Positions 19,242 to 28,400 of a stretch of 64,000 bases of DNA are shown piece by piece (the first letter of the stretch is position 1; the number at the start of each line of letters is the position of its first letter). The notes beneath the pieces were generated by a model that was not told the origin of the DNA, did not search any database, and saw only the letters and a list, made by a program, of their open reading frames with translations. The position numbers and the translations under genes were made by a program. Source of the stretch: a virus. Taxonomy: Duplodnaviria; Caudoviricetes. Where the stretch lies: the IMG/VR virus record IMGVR_UViG_3300020388_000009, one strand, 5' to 3'.

Positions 19242-19637
19242 TTATTTCTTAACTCTTTTTTCCATAGTACGGCCGCCGAAGTAGGCACCAATGACAGTAA
19301 TAAGAACTAGTTGTAAAAGATCTGTCCATTTTTGTTCAACTTCAAATGCAATTGTTCCAGCATCTATAAAAATCATTAATACGGTTGATACAACTAAAAA
19401 TACCAATACTAAAGGTCTAACATTTTTTGATAACCAAGAGTCAGAATTCATATCAGCTGACCATCGATCGGTAATATTTTGCTCCATCTTTGCTTCATGG
19501 TTGGCAATTAATTCTTTCATTTTACGTTTTGCTTCTAATTTTTCAGCTTTAGTAGTTGTTAAATTATCTAATACTCCACCAACTCCTTCTACTAATTCCG
19601 AAGCTCCACCTGAAAATATTTTATTCAATATACCCAT
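19242..19637 (-). CDS. Holin, 3TM/GTA-type family
   Basis: RW.ADM.SDSWLSKNVRP, two hydrophobic helices, YFGGRT.EK. Confidence 0.75.
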   Translation of the reverse strand: MGILNKIFSGGASELVEGVGGVLDNLTTTKAEKLEAKRKMKELIANHEAKMEQNITDRWSADMNSDSWLSKNVRPLVLVFLVVSTVLMIFIDAGTIAFEVEQKWTDLLQLVLITVIGAYFGGRTMEKRVKK

Positions 19638-19908
19638 ATTGTTCTTTCATTAATTTAGTAACTTCTGATCTAATTAATTTTGTCATTTCATCAATTTGCA
19701 ATTCCGCATCTTTATCTGCGGCGCTTACGGCAGATTCCATTTCTGCTTGTAATTGTTTTTTCTTTTTAGTCATTTGTTTTAATTTAGAAATCATTTGCTG
19801 TTTTTTAGCGCCATCTGCCTTTGCATATTGGCCGGCCATTTTTTTCATGTCTGCAACTAATTTATCAAAATCTTTTCCAATTTTATTTAATGATCTATTT
19901 TTTGCCAT
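19621..19908 (-). CDS. Hypothetical coiled-coil protein
   Basis: 95 aa ORF overlapping its neighbours. Confidence 0.55.
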   Translation of the reverse strand: MAKNRSLNKIGKDFDKLVADMKKMAGQYAKADGAKKQQMISKLKQMTKKKKQLQAEMESAVSAADKDAELQIDEMTKLIRSEVTKLMKEQYGYIE

Positions 19909-20542
19909 CAGGATTCTCCGTAAATTGATTTCTAATTGTTTCTTTTAATTTTTTATAATCTGTTTCAATACGATCAATAGTGGATGAAATATCTACTTCA
20001 CCACGTTCGCCATCCGCATTACCCCAAACTGTTTCTGTAACAGATTGTTTTAATATTTCAACTTCTTTATCAGTGTCTTTGAACCACGCTTCTGCATTTG
20101 CTGACATTATTTTATTTTCATATTCTTTCCATGCATCTTTTCCTTGAACTTTAATACGACGTTCTTCAGTTAGTACACATCCAAAACACATTTTACGTTT
20201 AAACCAAAATTTAAAATTTAAACGTTTTTCATGATTACGCATTTCAGTATCACATTTAGGACATTTTTCTGGAACTGATAATGTGTCTTGCACTGTTTTT
20301 AAAATGGAATTTTCGGGTTCACGTGATTTAAATCCGTCGTGTTGAGTAACTCGAGTTCGAATTCCGGTGGCTGATGTTTCAATCCAAATCTTTGGTTTAC
20401 CATTATCAAACCGTTCTAAGATATCATCTTCTGGTATTTCTGTTTTTGTAGTACCTGTGTAAATTGATTTTCTAGTTTGAGATTTATGTGTCCCAGCTAG
20501 TAATTCATTCACAGCTTTTATATTTTGTAACTTACTTGACAT
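19895..20542 (-). CDS. Hypothetical protein with CPKC...CFGC zinc site
   Basis: 215 aa. Confidence 0.6.
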   Translation of the reverse strand: MSSKLQNIKAVNELLAGTHKSQTRKSIYTGTTKTEIPEDDILERFDNGKPKIWIETSATGIRTRVTQHDGFKSREPENSILKTVQDTLSVPEKCPKCDTEMRNHEKRLNFKFWFKRKMCFGCVLTEERRIKVQGKDAWKEYENKIMSANAEAWFKDTDKEVEILKQSVTETVWGNADGERGEVDISSTIDRIETDYKKLKETIRNQFTENPDGKK

Positions 20543-20543
20543 A

Positions 20544-21071
20544 TTATCTTAATTGACCTAAACCAGTTTTAATTCTTTGGAAATACTTTACAAAAGTTTC
20601 TTTATCAACGCCGGCCTGTTTTATTAAATATGCTAAAGCCTTTGCTTTCTTTTTATCATCTAATTTTGCAATATCAGCAAACATGCCAGATGCCCTTTTT
20701 ATATCAGCAGCTCCACCTAAATCTTTTTGTTGTAATCCAGAAGTTCTCTTTTTTCCCATTTGAAATTTATTTGCTTCTGCTACTGGTGCTTCTGGAGCAG
20801 GTTCTTCTGTTCCTAAACCACCTTGTTGTAACATTTGAATTAATTGACTTTTAACTGCTCTAGCGCCTCCGGATACCAAGTTAATTACTTTAAGTAATCC
20901 AGCTGCTTGTTGTTTAGGTGTACCTGATGATAATGCCGTTTTCAACATTTTGATACCAGGTTGTTTTTCTAAACGTGATATACCAGTTTCTGCTCTACCG
21001 GTTACATCCACTTCTTTTAAAGATTTACGAATTTCTTTTCGTATAGTTTCTCTTAAAATTGATTCTTTCAT
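20544..21071 (-). CDS. Hypothetical (probable internal head) protein
   Basis: N-terminal LRETIRKEIRKSLKE leader; late promoter at 21094-21101. Confidence 0.6.
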   Translation of the reverse strand: MKESILRETIRKEIRKSLKEVDVTGRAETGISRLEKQPGIKMLKTALSSGTPKQQAAGLLKVINLVSGGARAVKSQLIQMLQQGGLGTEEPAPEAPVAEANKFQMGKKRTSGLQQKDLGGAADIKRASGMFADIAKLDDKKKAKALAYLIKQAGVDKETFVKYFQRIKTGLGQLR

Positions 21072-21108
21072 AATGTCCTTTATTATATTTTATATAAATA
21101 TACAAATG

Positions 21109-23547
21109 TTACTTAGTAAAACCTTTATCCATTGCAAAGTTAGCTCTACTAAATTCTATTCGATCTACAAATTTAACTCCTTGGCCAATTCGATCAACTG
21201 CCACATATCCTTCTGGGGCTGTAACTGCTAATCCACCTTTGCCATCATCTTTAAAATGTTTTGTAATTGATATTGCATTATTATATTTTCTAACAAAAAT
21301 CAATTTGGCTTCTGCTAGTAATTTAGATACTCTAAATATATTTAAAATATCTTGTTTTCTTTCATTAAACACTGCCATTCTTTGTTGTTTAGCTAATGTG
21401 GCTTTTTCTATACCGCGGTCTGATTTTAATTTTGCAATCTTTTTATCAATGCGTTGTTCTAACCATTTCTGAAATGCTTTGAACGATATAGCCGCATTAT
21501 CAACAAATTGTCCGGTTTTTATTTCTGCATTAAGATAAATGTTTAGTTCTGCACTTGGAAGATTATCATAATCTATTTTTATTGAATCTGCTTTTTTAAT
21601 TAATGCAGCAACTTCTTTTGCTTCTGATGCGGTTAATTTTACTATACCAGTAGTATCTTTAAAATATGCATCATCAAACCAAATATTAGGATTACGTCTT
21701 AATCCGCTTACATCAGCTCCAAATGTTGCACCTCCTTGTAATCCATTGTTATATGTTGTATGAAACACTATACCTATTTTTGCGGCCGCGACTTCTCTAC
21801 CTATGTTAGAATCTGACTCTACAGCGTATGTTATAGTATTTGGTCTAAACGATAAATGAGGTTTACCATCTATATTTGTCGTTTTAACCATACTTTCATC
21901 AAACATGAAATCGCCTTGCAATATATTTTTTATACCCAATGATGGAAGATGTTTTAATGCGTGTCTTAATTTAACTGCTAGGCCAGGAGCTTCACCGTGA
22001 TTTAGTTGTATATCATCCATTGTATAATTAATCTTAGGAACTTTATTCATTACAGATTTTGTTCCTACAAAAAACTTTCCGTTTTCTGGATTAATACCAG
22101 CAAACACTGCAGGAGCCCCGTCCCATTTAACAGTTGTATCAATTTTTGAATCTGAATTACCTTTTAAGTTTTTTAACAACTCTATTATAAATGATCTAGC
22201 AGTTTTATATCCTTGAGCTCCTTGAGTTAATATCAATTCTTCTAAATGAGTTAAATGCGTATTTGCTTTAGCCTCAGTTAATAATTCTCCTAACTGCGCG
22301 CTCCACCATTCTTTTGTTAATTCTTGTTCTTTTGGCGGTATACGTAATTTCATTGCCGGCCTTCCATTTATTAATAAATCACCCTTTTCACTCCAACCAA
22401 TTGTTTTCACAACTACTTTTTTATTTTTAAATCGACCCATCATTACAGTATCACCTATATTAATTGGTAAATTTACATCTTCTCGTAATGTATTTGTTTC
22501 TTTTCCTAATTTTTCTTCTTTACTAGAATCTATAGAAAGTTCTGCACCTAAAAAGTCTAAAAATTTATATCCAGTTGTTTTTGCAATGCGTGTAATATAT
22601 TTTTGCCAAATCTTATAAGCAGGATTACCTTTATAATTTTTTAAATAATCTGTACCAGCAAAATCTCCTCCTTTTACTCCTGTTGGAAAATAAGATACTG
22701 TTAATGGAGGTCCATCCGGATAATCGGTATTATGTATTTCAATTGGATTATCTTTAACTATATAGTTAAGTACTTCATATCCTAACCGTTTAGCCATCTC
22801 TGCAGATTTTTTTCGATATGTGGCTTGATTTCCATAATAATATCTTGGTCCATCATCCACAACAGCTTTTCCTAATCCAGCTACATTACTTCCTTCACTT
22901 AAAAAAGATTCAATGGCTTCTGTTTTTAAAGCTGAAAATTTATCACGTAACATGTTATAAATATTTTCATCGTAAAACCCCATAACATCTTCGAATGTAT
23001 CAGGATCTGCGGTTGCCAATACTTGACGTAATGTGGTTCCAGACATTTCACCATAACCAGGAATTTGTATATCAACATGCGGTGCTACAACTAAATATCC
23101 ATGTTTTGTAAATGGTTGTAACGCATTTTTATTATCTTTATATGATTGAAAATATCCAGGAGATCCATCTTTTTTAGTTCCTATACGAAATCGTGGATCT
23201 TCTTTCATATCTTTTGCACCTACTGCAAATAATACTGCAGTAGTTTCCGGATCATATTTACTGGTAATCTCTGTTGCTTGATAAGGATTCTTTACTTGTA
23301 CAACATTTCCAATTCCATGTTTATAAATTATTTTACGTTTTTCTTTGAAATTTAAAGGAGATTTAGGCAATTTAACTTTGTCAGATGTGGCAATAAATGT
23401 GTTAGATTGTCCAAATTTTGCAGCTAATTTTTTATATGTAGCAGCATGATGTTGACCCATTGGCTGAAATCGGCCTGGATAAATTACAATAATTGTTTTA
23501 ATGTTTTGTTCAGATATAACCTGATCTGCTAACCATTCTCCTAACAT
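21109..23547 (-). CDS. Multidomain protein: cytidyltransferase-like N-domain plus C-terminal KWDG (DUF6267/ligase-like) domain
   Basis: IYPGRFQP..HH and MSGT..R in the N-domain; NTHLTHLEE, KWDGAPA, QGDFMF, EGYV, VKFV in the C-domain. Confidence 0.7.
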   Translation of the reverse strand: MLGEWLADQVISEQNIKTIIVIYPGRFQPMGQHHAATYKKLAAKFGQSNTFIATSDKVKLPKSPLNFKEKRKIIYKHGIGNVVQVKNPYQATEITSKYDPETTAVLFAVGAKDMKEDPRFRIGTKKDGSPGYFQSYKDNKNALQPFTKHGYLVVAPHVDIQIPGYGEMSGTTLRQVLATADPDTFEDVMGFYDENIYNMLRDKFSALKTEAIESFLSEGSNVAGLGKAVVDDGPRYYYGNQATYRKKSAEMAKRLGYEVLNYIVKDNPIEIHNTDYPDGPPLTVSYFPTGVKGGDFAGTDYLKNYKGNPAYKIWQKYITRIAKTTGYKFLDFLGAELSIDSSKEEKLGKETNTLREDVNLPINIGDTVMMGRFKNKKVVVKTIGWSEKGDLLINGRPAMKLRIPPKEQELTKEWWSAQLGELLTEAKANTHLTHLEELILTQGAQGYKTARSFIIELLKNLKGNSDSKIDTTVKWDGAPAVFAGINPENGKFFVGTKSVMNKVPKINYTMDDIQLNHGEAPGLAVKLRHALKHLPSLGIKNILQGDFMFDESMVKTTNIDGKPHLSFRPNTITYAVESDSNIGREVAAAKIGIVFHTTYNNGLQGGATFGADVSGLRRNPNIWFDDAYFKDTTGIVKLTASEAKEVAALIKKADSIKIDYDNLPSAELNIYLNAEIKTGQFVDNAAISFKAFQKWLEQRIDKKIAKLKSDRGIEKATLAKQQRMAVFNERKQDILNIFRVSKLLAEAKLIFVRKYNNAISITKHFKDDGKGGLAVTAPEGYVAVDRIGQGVKFVDRIEFSRANFAMDKGFTK

Positions 23548-23576
23548 GTTAGAATCCTTTTATATAAATATTAGTA

Positions 23577-24629
23577 TTAGAAAGAACCACCATCAATACT
23601 TCCGCTAGCATTACTTATGGTACCATTAACTGTTAAATTACCATCATTATCTAAATGCAATAATTCCACTCCCGGATTAATGCCGGCAAGTCCTGTATCT
23701 TTAAATACTCTGAATGCGGAATTCTCATGAGAATTTGCGTTATCCATTAATATATCAAAACCACCATTTGTTTTTATATAAGGAGAATTTGGTAAAGGTT
23801 GTCCATATGTTATAGGCGAGCCGCCATGTATGGATATACCCGATCCAGTTGTTGAATTTGATACATTTACAGCGTAAAATCCATCTACAACTCTTTGAAA
23901 GGATGAAGAACTTGGTAGATCAAATTCTAATGCATCTTTCTTATTATCAAGTAAACTTATTCGAGCAGTGGCACTACCAGTATCAGGTGTACCTTCTGAT
24001 GCAAGACCCCTTAATGCTCCAGAACCACTCACACGTACACAATATGAAATTGATGAGCCAGACATATGACTAAAATTGATATCATCAGCAATTGGTGCAC
24101 CGGTAATTGAATTGATAATATGTAGATATGTATTAAATCCGGAGCCAGATGCTAAATTTTGACCTTGTCCAAATGATGTTGTAAAAAATCCTGATGCGGA
24201 AATTGATAATCGATTTGTTGTAAATGAATGTGCGCGCAATGCAGCAATGGTACGTTTAGTTATCACAGATCCAGAAATTCCCATTGGTAATACAACTCGC
24301 ACTGCAGAGCCAGAAACTGTATTATTTTTAACGTTCGGTGTATCTCGTAATCCAAAAATACTACCGGTAGGTTCAACACTTGTACGATTTGAATTCTGAT
24401 AAAACACTTTGAAAGAATGGACATCTGGAGTTCTGAAATACCAAAATGATGCTGTTGCCGCCGCGGGAGCTAACACGCTTTGAGATAACGATGCCCCAGA
24501 CATGGTTACCACGTAATGTTGTGCCACAGAATTTATACTTTGTGATACACCTATCGTTGTTGAACCAGATGGTATAAAGAATAGTTTACCATCTATAGCT
24601 TGTATTGCATCTTTTGATAATTGTCCCAT
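23577..24629 (-). CDS. Virion/tail-associated Ser-rich protein
   Basis: 350 aa, ten [ST]GS motifs, C-terminal IDGGSF. Confidence 0.6.
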   Translation of the reverse strand: MGQLSKDAIQAIDGKLFFIPSGSTTIGVSQSINSVAQHYVVTMSGASLSQSVLAPAAATASFWYFRTPDVHSFKVFYQNSNRTSVEPTGSIFGLRDTPNVKNNTVSGSAVRVVLPMGISGSVITKRTIAALRAHSFTTNRLSISASGFFTTSFGQGQNLASGSGFNTYLHIINSITGAPIADDINFSHMSGSSISYCVRVSGSGALRGLASEGTPDTGSATARISLLDNKKDALEFDLPSSSSFQRVVDGFYAVNVSNSTTGSGISIHGGSPITYGQPLPNSPYIKTNGGFDILMDNANSHENSAFRVFKDTGLAGINPGVELLHLDNDGNLTVNGTISNASGSIDGGSF

Positions 24630-24986
24630 TTATAGCGCATCTCCTTTAATTGCAATTTTACCTTCAGTAGGCATTCCAGTAGATCCAAAATCAACTCCAT
24701 AAAATTCTGAAAATTTTCTTGGCGAGTTTGAGGATACATCCTCATTACTAGCACCAGGCATGTCTAAAGGTAAAAAAGCTGTGAAACTATCTTCTGCTAA
24801 ACCACGCGTTGTATCATATCTATCTTTAAAACTAGTTGGTGCATCTAAAGATTCTGGAAAAATGAAGCCAGAGTCAGAATATGGATTGCTGTTAGTGATT
24901 CCTGTAGGTCCGAACCATCCTGGATAATTTGAATTTACTTGTGTTAAAAATCTGTTTATTCCGTTATATGATGTACTAGACGCCAT
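24630..24986 (-). CDS. Hypothetical tail-fibre-associated protein
   Basis: 118 aa, FSEFYG motif, follows the S74 chaperone gene. Confidence 0.55.
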   Translation of the reverse strand: MASSTSYNGINRFLTQVNSNYPGWFGPTGITNSNPYSDSGFIFPESLDAPTSFKDRYDTTRGLAEDSFTAFLPLDMPGASNEDVSSNSPRKFSEFYGVDFGSTGMPTEGKIAIKGDAL

Positions 24987-25486
24987 TATTTATCCTCCAA
25001 TTTAAGTTTTAATTCATCTATCTGCGTTTGTTGATCCTTTACACATTCTATTAGTAATGGTATCAATTTTTCATATCGCACTGACATTACGCCATCAACT
25101 TCTCGAGTTATATCCGGTAACACAGAATTAACTTCCTGAGCAATGACTCCTACATCTGCGATGCCAACCTTTCGTTTTCCGGCAGCTGGTTTCCATGTAA
25201 ATGTATTACCAGATAATTGCTGTATTTTACTTATAGGATTTGTAATAGGTGTAACATCTGTTTTAAGCTTGATGTCTGATGTGGAAAATGCTATTATATC
25301 ACCAGTACATCTTATTTCGCTGTCAGAGTCTGTTCCTACATCTAAATCTCCTTTTATTATGGAATCGGAATCTGCACTAATACCAAAAACGTGAGTCGTA
25401 CCTCCTAAAAATCCAATATTTTCATTGCTATCAGTTGTAAATGTATACATACCTTTTTTAGCTAATCTCATTGTTTTATATGACAT
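24986..25486 (-). CDS. Short protein with peptidase S74 (tail-fibre intramolecular chaperone) domain
   Basis: SDIKLKTD, G.TFTWK, GVIAQEV..VLP, VRYEKLIPLLIE. Confidence 0.85.
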   Translation of the reverse strand: MSYKTMRLAKKGMYTFTTDSNENIGFLGGTTHVFGISADSDSIIKGDLDVGTDSDSEIRCTGDIIAFSTSDIKLKTDVTPITNPISKIQQLSGNTFTWKPAAGKRKVGIADVGVIAQEVNSVLPDITREVDGVMSVRYEKLIPLLIECVKDQQTQIDELKLKLEDK

Positions 25487-25489
25487 ATT

Positions 25490-28400
25490 TTATCCTCCTC
25501 CTGGTCCTGCTCTCAATTGAGGTGGCAGGTAGTTCATTTGCTCAGTAAATACTCTATAAATATTCCCAAATGGTGAGCCGCCAGATGCGATACCAACAGG
25601 TACATACATATCCACATCCACATCATCTCCTATTTCAATTGTAACCGGTACTTTGGCGCCGGATGGTGTATTAGGGGACGTAATTTTTCGTATGCCTCCA
25701 AATGCATAAGTTCCATCATCAGCTGACGCGTCCATAGTATGTGTTCCATTCGGATAAACGTCAATGATTTCAGATGGTATGTTAGAACTTATTCGTTGAA
25801 AATCAGATGATGGCACGGTTCCTTCGCCGATGACTTCTAATTGGCCGGCGGTGAAATTTGCATCATCTGGACTTTGGGATGCAAGATCTACATTTATTAT
25901 CACATGCGATGTTATTTCCCCGCCTAAAGAACCATCTAATACTATTTCAGTTGTTGTAGAAACAACGTTGTCAACATCTTGACCGTTTAGTTCTCCATTA
26001 GAATTTTCACCCTTTATCAATTGTCGACAATATTGATGCATATTAGCCTGTGTTATTGTCACAGCTTTTTGTCGTAATGATCTGGCAATTGCAAATCCAT
26101 CAAAGTCCGCGTTAGATGCGGTTAAATCGCCTTGAGTCGTTAAATGAAAATTGCTAGACGATATTTCAATGTTTCCATTTGCTCCAGATATAAATTGATT
26201 TTCGCTTCCTAAGAAAAAGTCTCTAACATTTAATGAAACTAATGATCCGCTCACTTTTAAAGCACCTTCAGATTCATCCCATACAAATGCTCCTCCGGTA
26301 CCACCTAAAAAGAAATCACCAGATGATGACATAAATGTTTTTGGTGACGACCCTTCAAAATATCCAAAAAAGTCATGAGTTTGATTAAGACCGGTATTAG
26401 GATTATGAGTACCTAATGTAAATCCATTTCCTCCAAATGTATATTCGGCTGGATTTGTTAATGATTGTGTCACTGCTTCAATTGCATTTGCTGTGGCCTG
26501 AGCAGCTTGTGCTGTGACATTTGCTGCATTGGCAGTATTAACTGATGCTAATGCTAGAGCATTTGCAGTATTTGCATCAGTCTGTGCTGCCGATGCTGAT
26601 GTTTGTGCAATTGATGCCGATGTTAAAGCTTCGGTAGCTGTTGAATCATCTGTGAACCCAGAGGTGGAGTTATCTATCTGCGATGCATCAATATCTCCTG
26701 GATTGGTTATTGTAATTGTTCCAGCAATTGTTAAATCTGATCCATCCCATTTAAATTTTTGACCTAATGAAAATTTACCACTCGAACTAACAAAAAATTT
26801 GGTATTAGTATCATTATAACGGTTATTACCAATGGATATGGATTGAGATCCAATACTCAATGCTCCAATTGATCCATATGTGGCTACTATACCACCTTTC
26901 AAGAAAGCATTATCAGTATATAATCCAAATCCAGTAACCTCTTCTCCATTAATGGTATCTGTTATTCCTTTTAAATCACCTAACTGTGCTTTTAAATCTA
27001 AATCATAAATACCACTTCCAGTACGTTCCACAATCTGCATATACGGTGTATATTCATCATTTGGATTTGCATTTAATCGTATATAACCAGTACCTTGTTT
27101 ACCAGTTGATACAATTACTTGAGAACCTGTATATGGTACGGCACCGCCTGGTGAGCCTCCTAATGAACCGGAGCCGCCGGCTTGTCCTTGTCCGTATGCA
27201 CGTTGAACAAATATTTTTCCGGAAAAATCTGTATCACTTGATGCGGATGCCCGTGATGCAGAATTTACTAGTAAATATTCTGTATTAAATCCTGTTGCAG
27301 AGATTTTTTTAGCTGTGAGTATTTCTCCGACCGCGAATCCAGAAGCATTAACTACTGACATTGTTGTATCAGTAGCAGTATATGATCCGCCAGGATTTTC
27401 AGCAGATCCTGTCAATGTTGTTGAATTAGCTACATATAATTGACCACCCACAGCATTCACAGTTTCTTTTTCAAATACTGCGGTTGATAATGTACCACGT
27501 ATTCTTGCATTTTCTACTTCTAAAAATCCTCCAGATGCTGCCGTTAAACGGAAACCAGAGCCAGGAACATTTGATTGAAATCCATCAGATTCAATAGTCC
27601 CATTTGATCGGATAATCATTTGATCACCGGTGATATTATCATCGTTGATAACCCAACCACCAATTTTTGATGTACCAGCGCCATCAAATTCTACTTTATA
27701 TGAACCGGCTCCGTCACCAGAAAATTTAGCAATACCACTACTATTAATAAATGCTTTATTTCCAGAACCGGCGGCGGTAGTACCTGCGGGTACAAATAAT
27801 TGCTCAACTGATAAGTCTGCGTTAATAACAGTATCTCCGCCAATTATTAATCCACCATCAGGTTTTAAATGAAAATTAGATGATGAAATTTCTATTTTAC
27901 CAGTACTACCACTTACAAATTGCGAAGCTTCTGAACCTATAAAGAATTTTTTAGCACGTATATCAATTCCATCTTCTGTATCAAATTTGAAAAAACTCGA
28001 TGAATCTTGTACAATTTCAATTCCTACACCAGAATAGTTATCAGGGGCTCCTGGTAATACAGATCCAGTATATAACATGAACCCACCAGGTTGATCTGTA
28101 CGTGATGCTGATATAAATCCTTCATAACCAATAGATCTAATAAACCCAGAATTTACACCGGCTAATTCAATACCAGAACCTATAGTATTACCAATATATA
28201 CCGAACCGCTTAATAAATTATTATCACCGCTTATTACTAAATTATCACCGTAAAATGTAACTGGATATACAGTTGTTTCAGCTTGTGCTTTATTATTATT
28301 TATATCATAATAAAGAAATTTAAATGTTAATGGTGTTTCTAAAAATTCAGATGGTATACGTGTATTTATTCGTGTAAAGTTTGGAGAAAATCCAGTTTGT

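Noticed and set aside
24627-24632. In-frame TAA-ATG junctions (also 42629-42634, 61066-61071) as readthrough sites
   Set aside because: Ordinary translational coupling explains them; no readthrough signal is evident.
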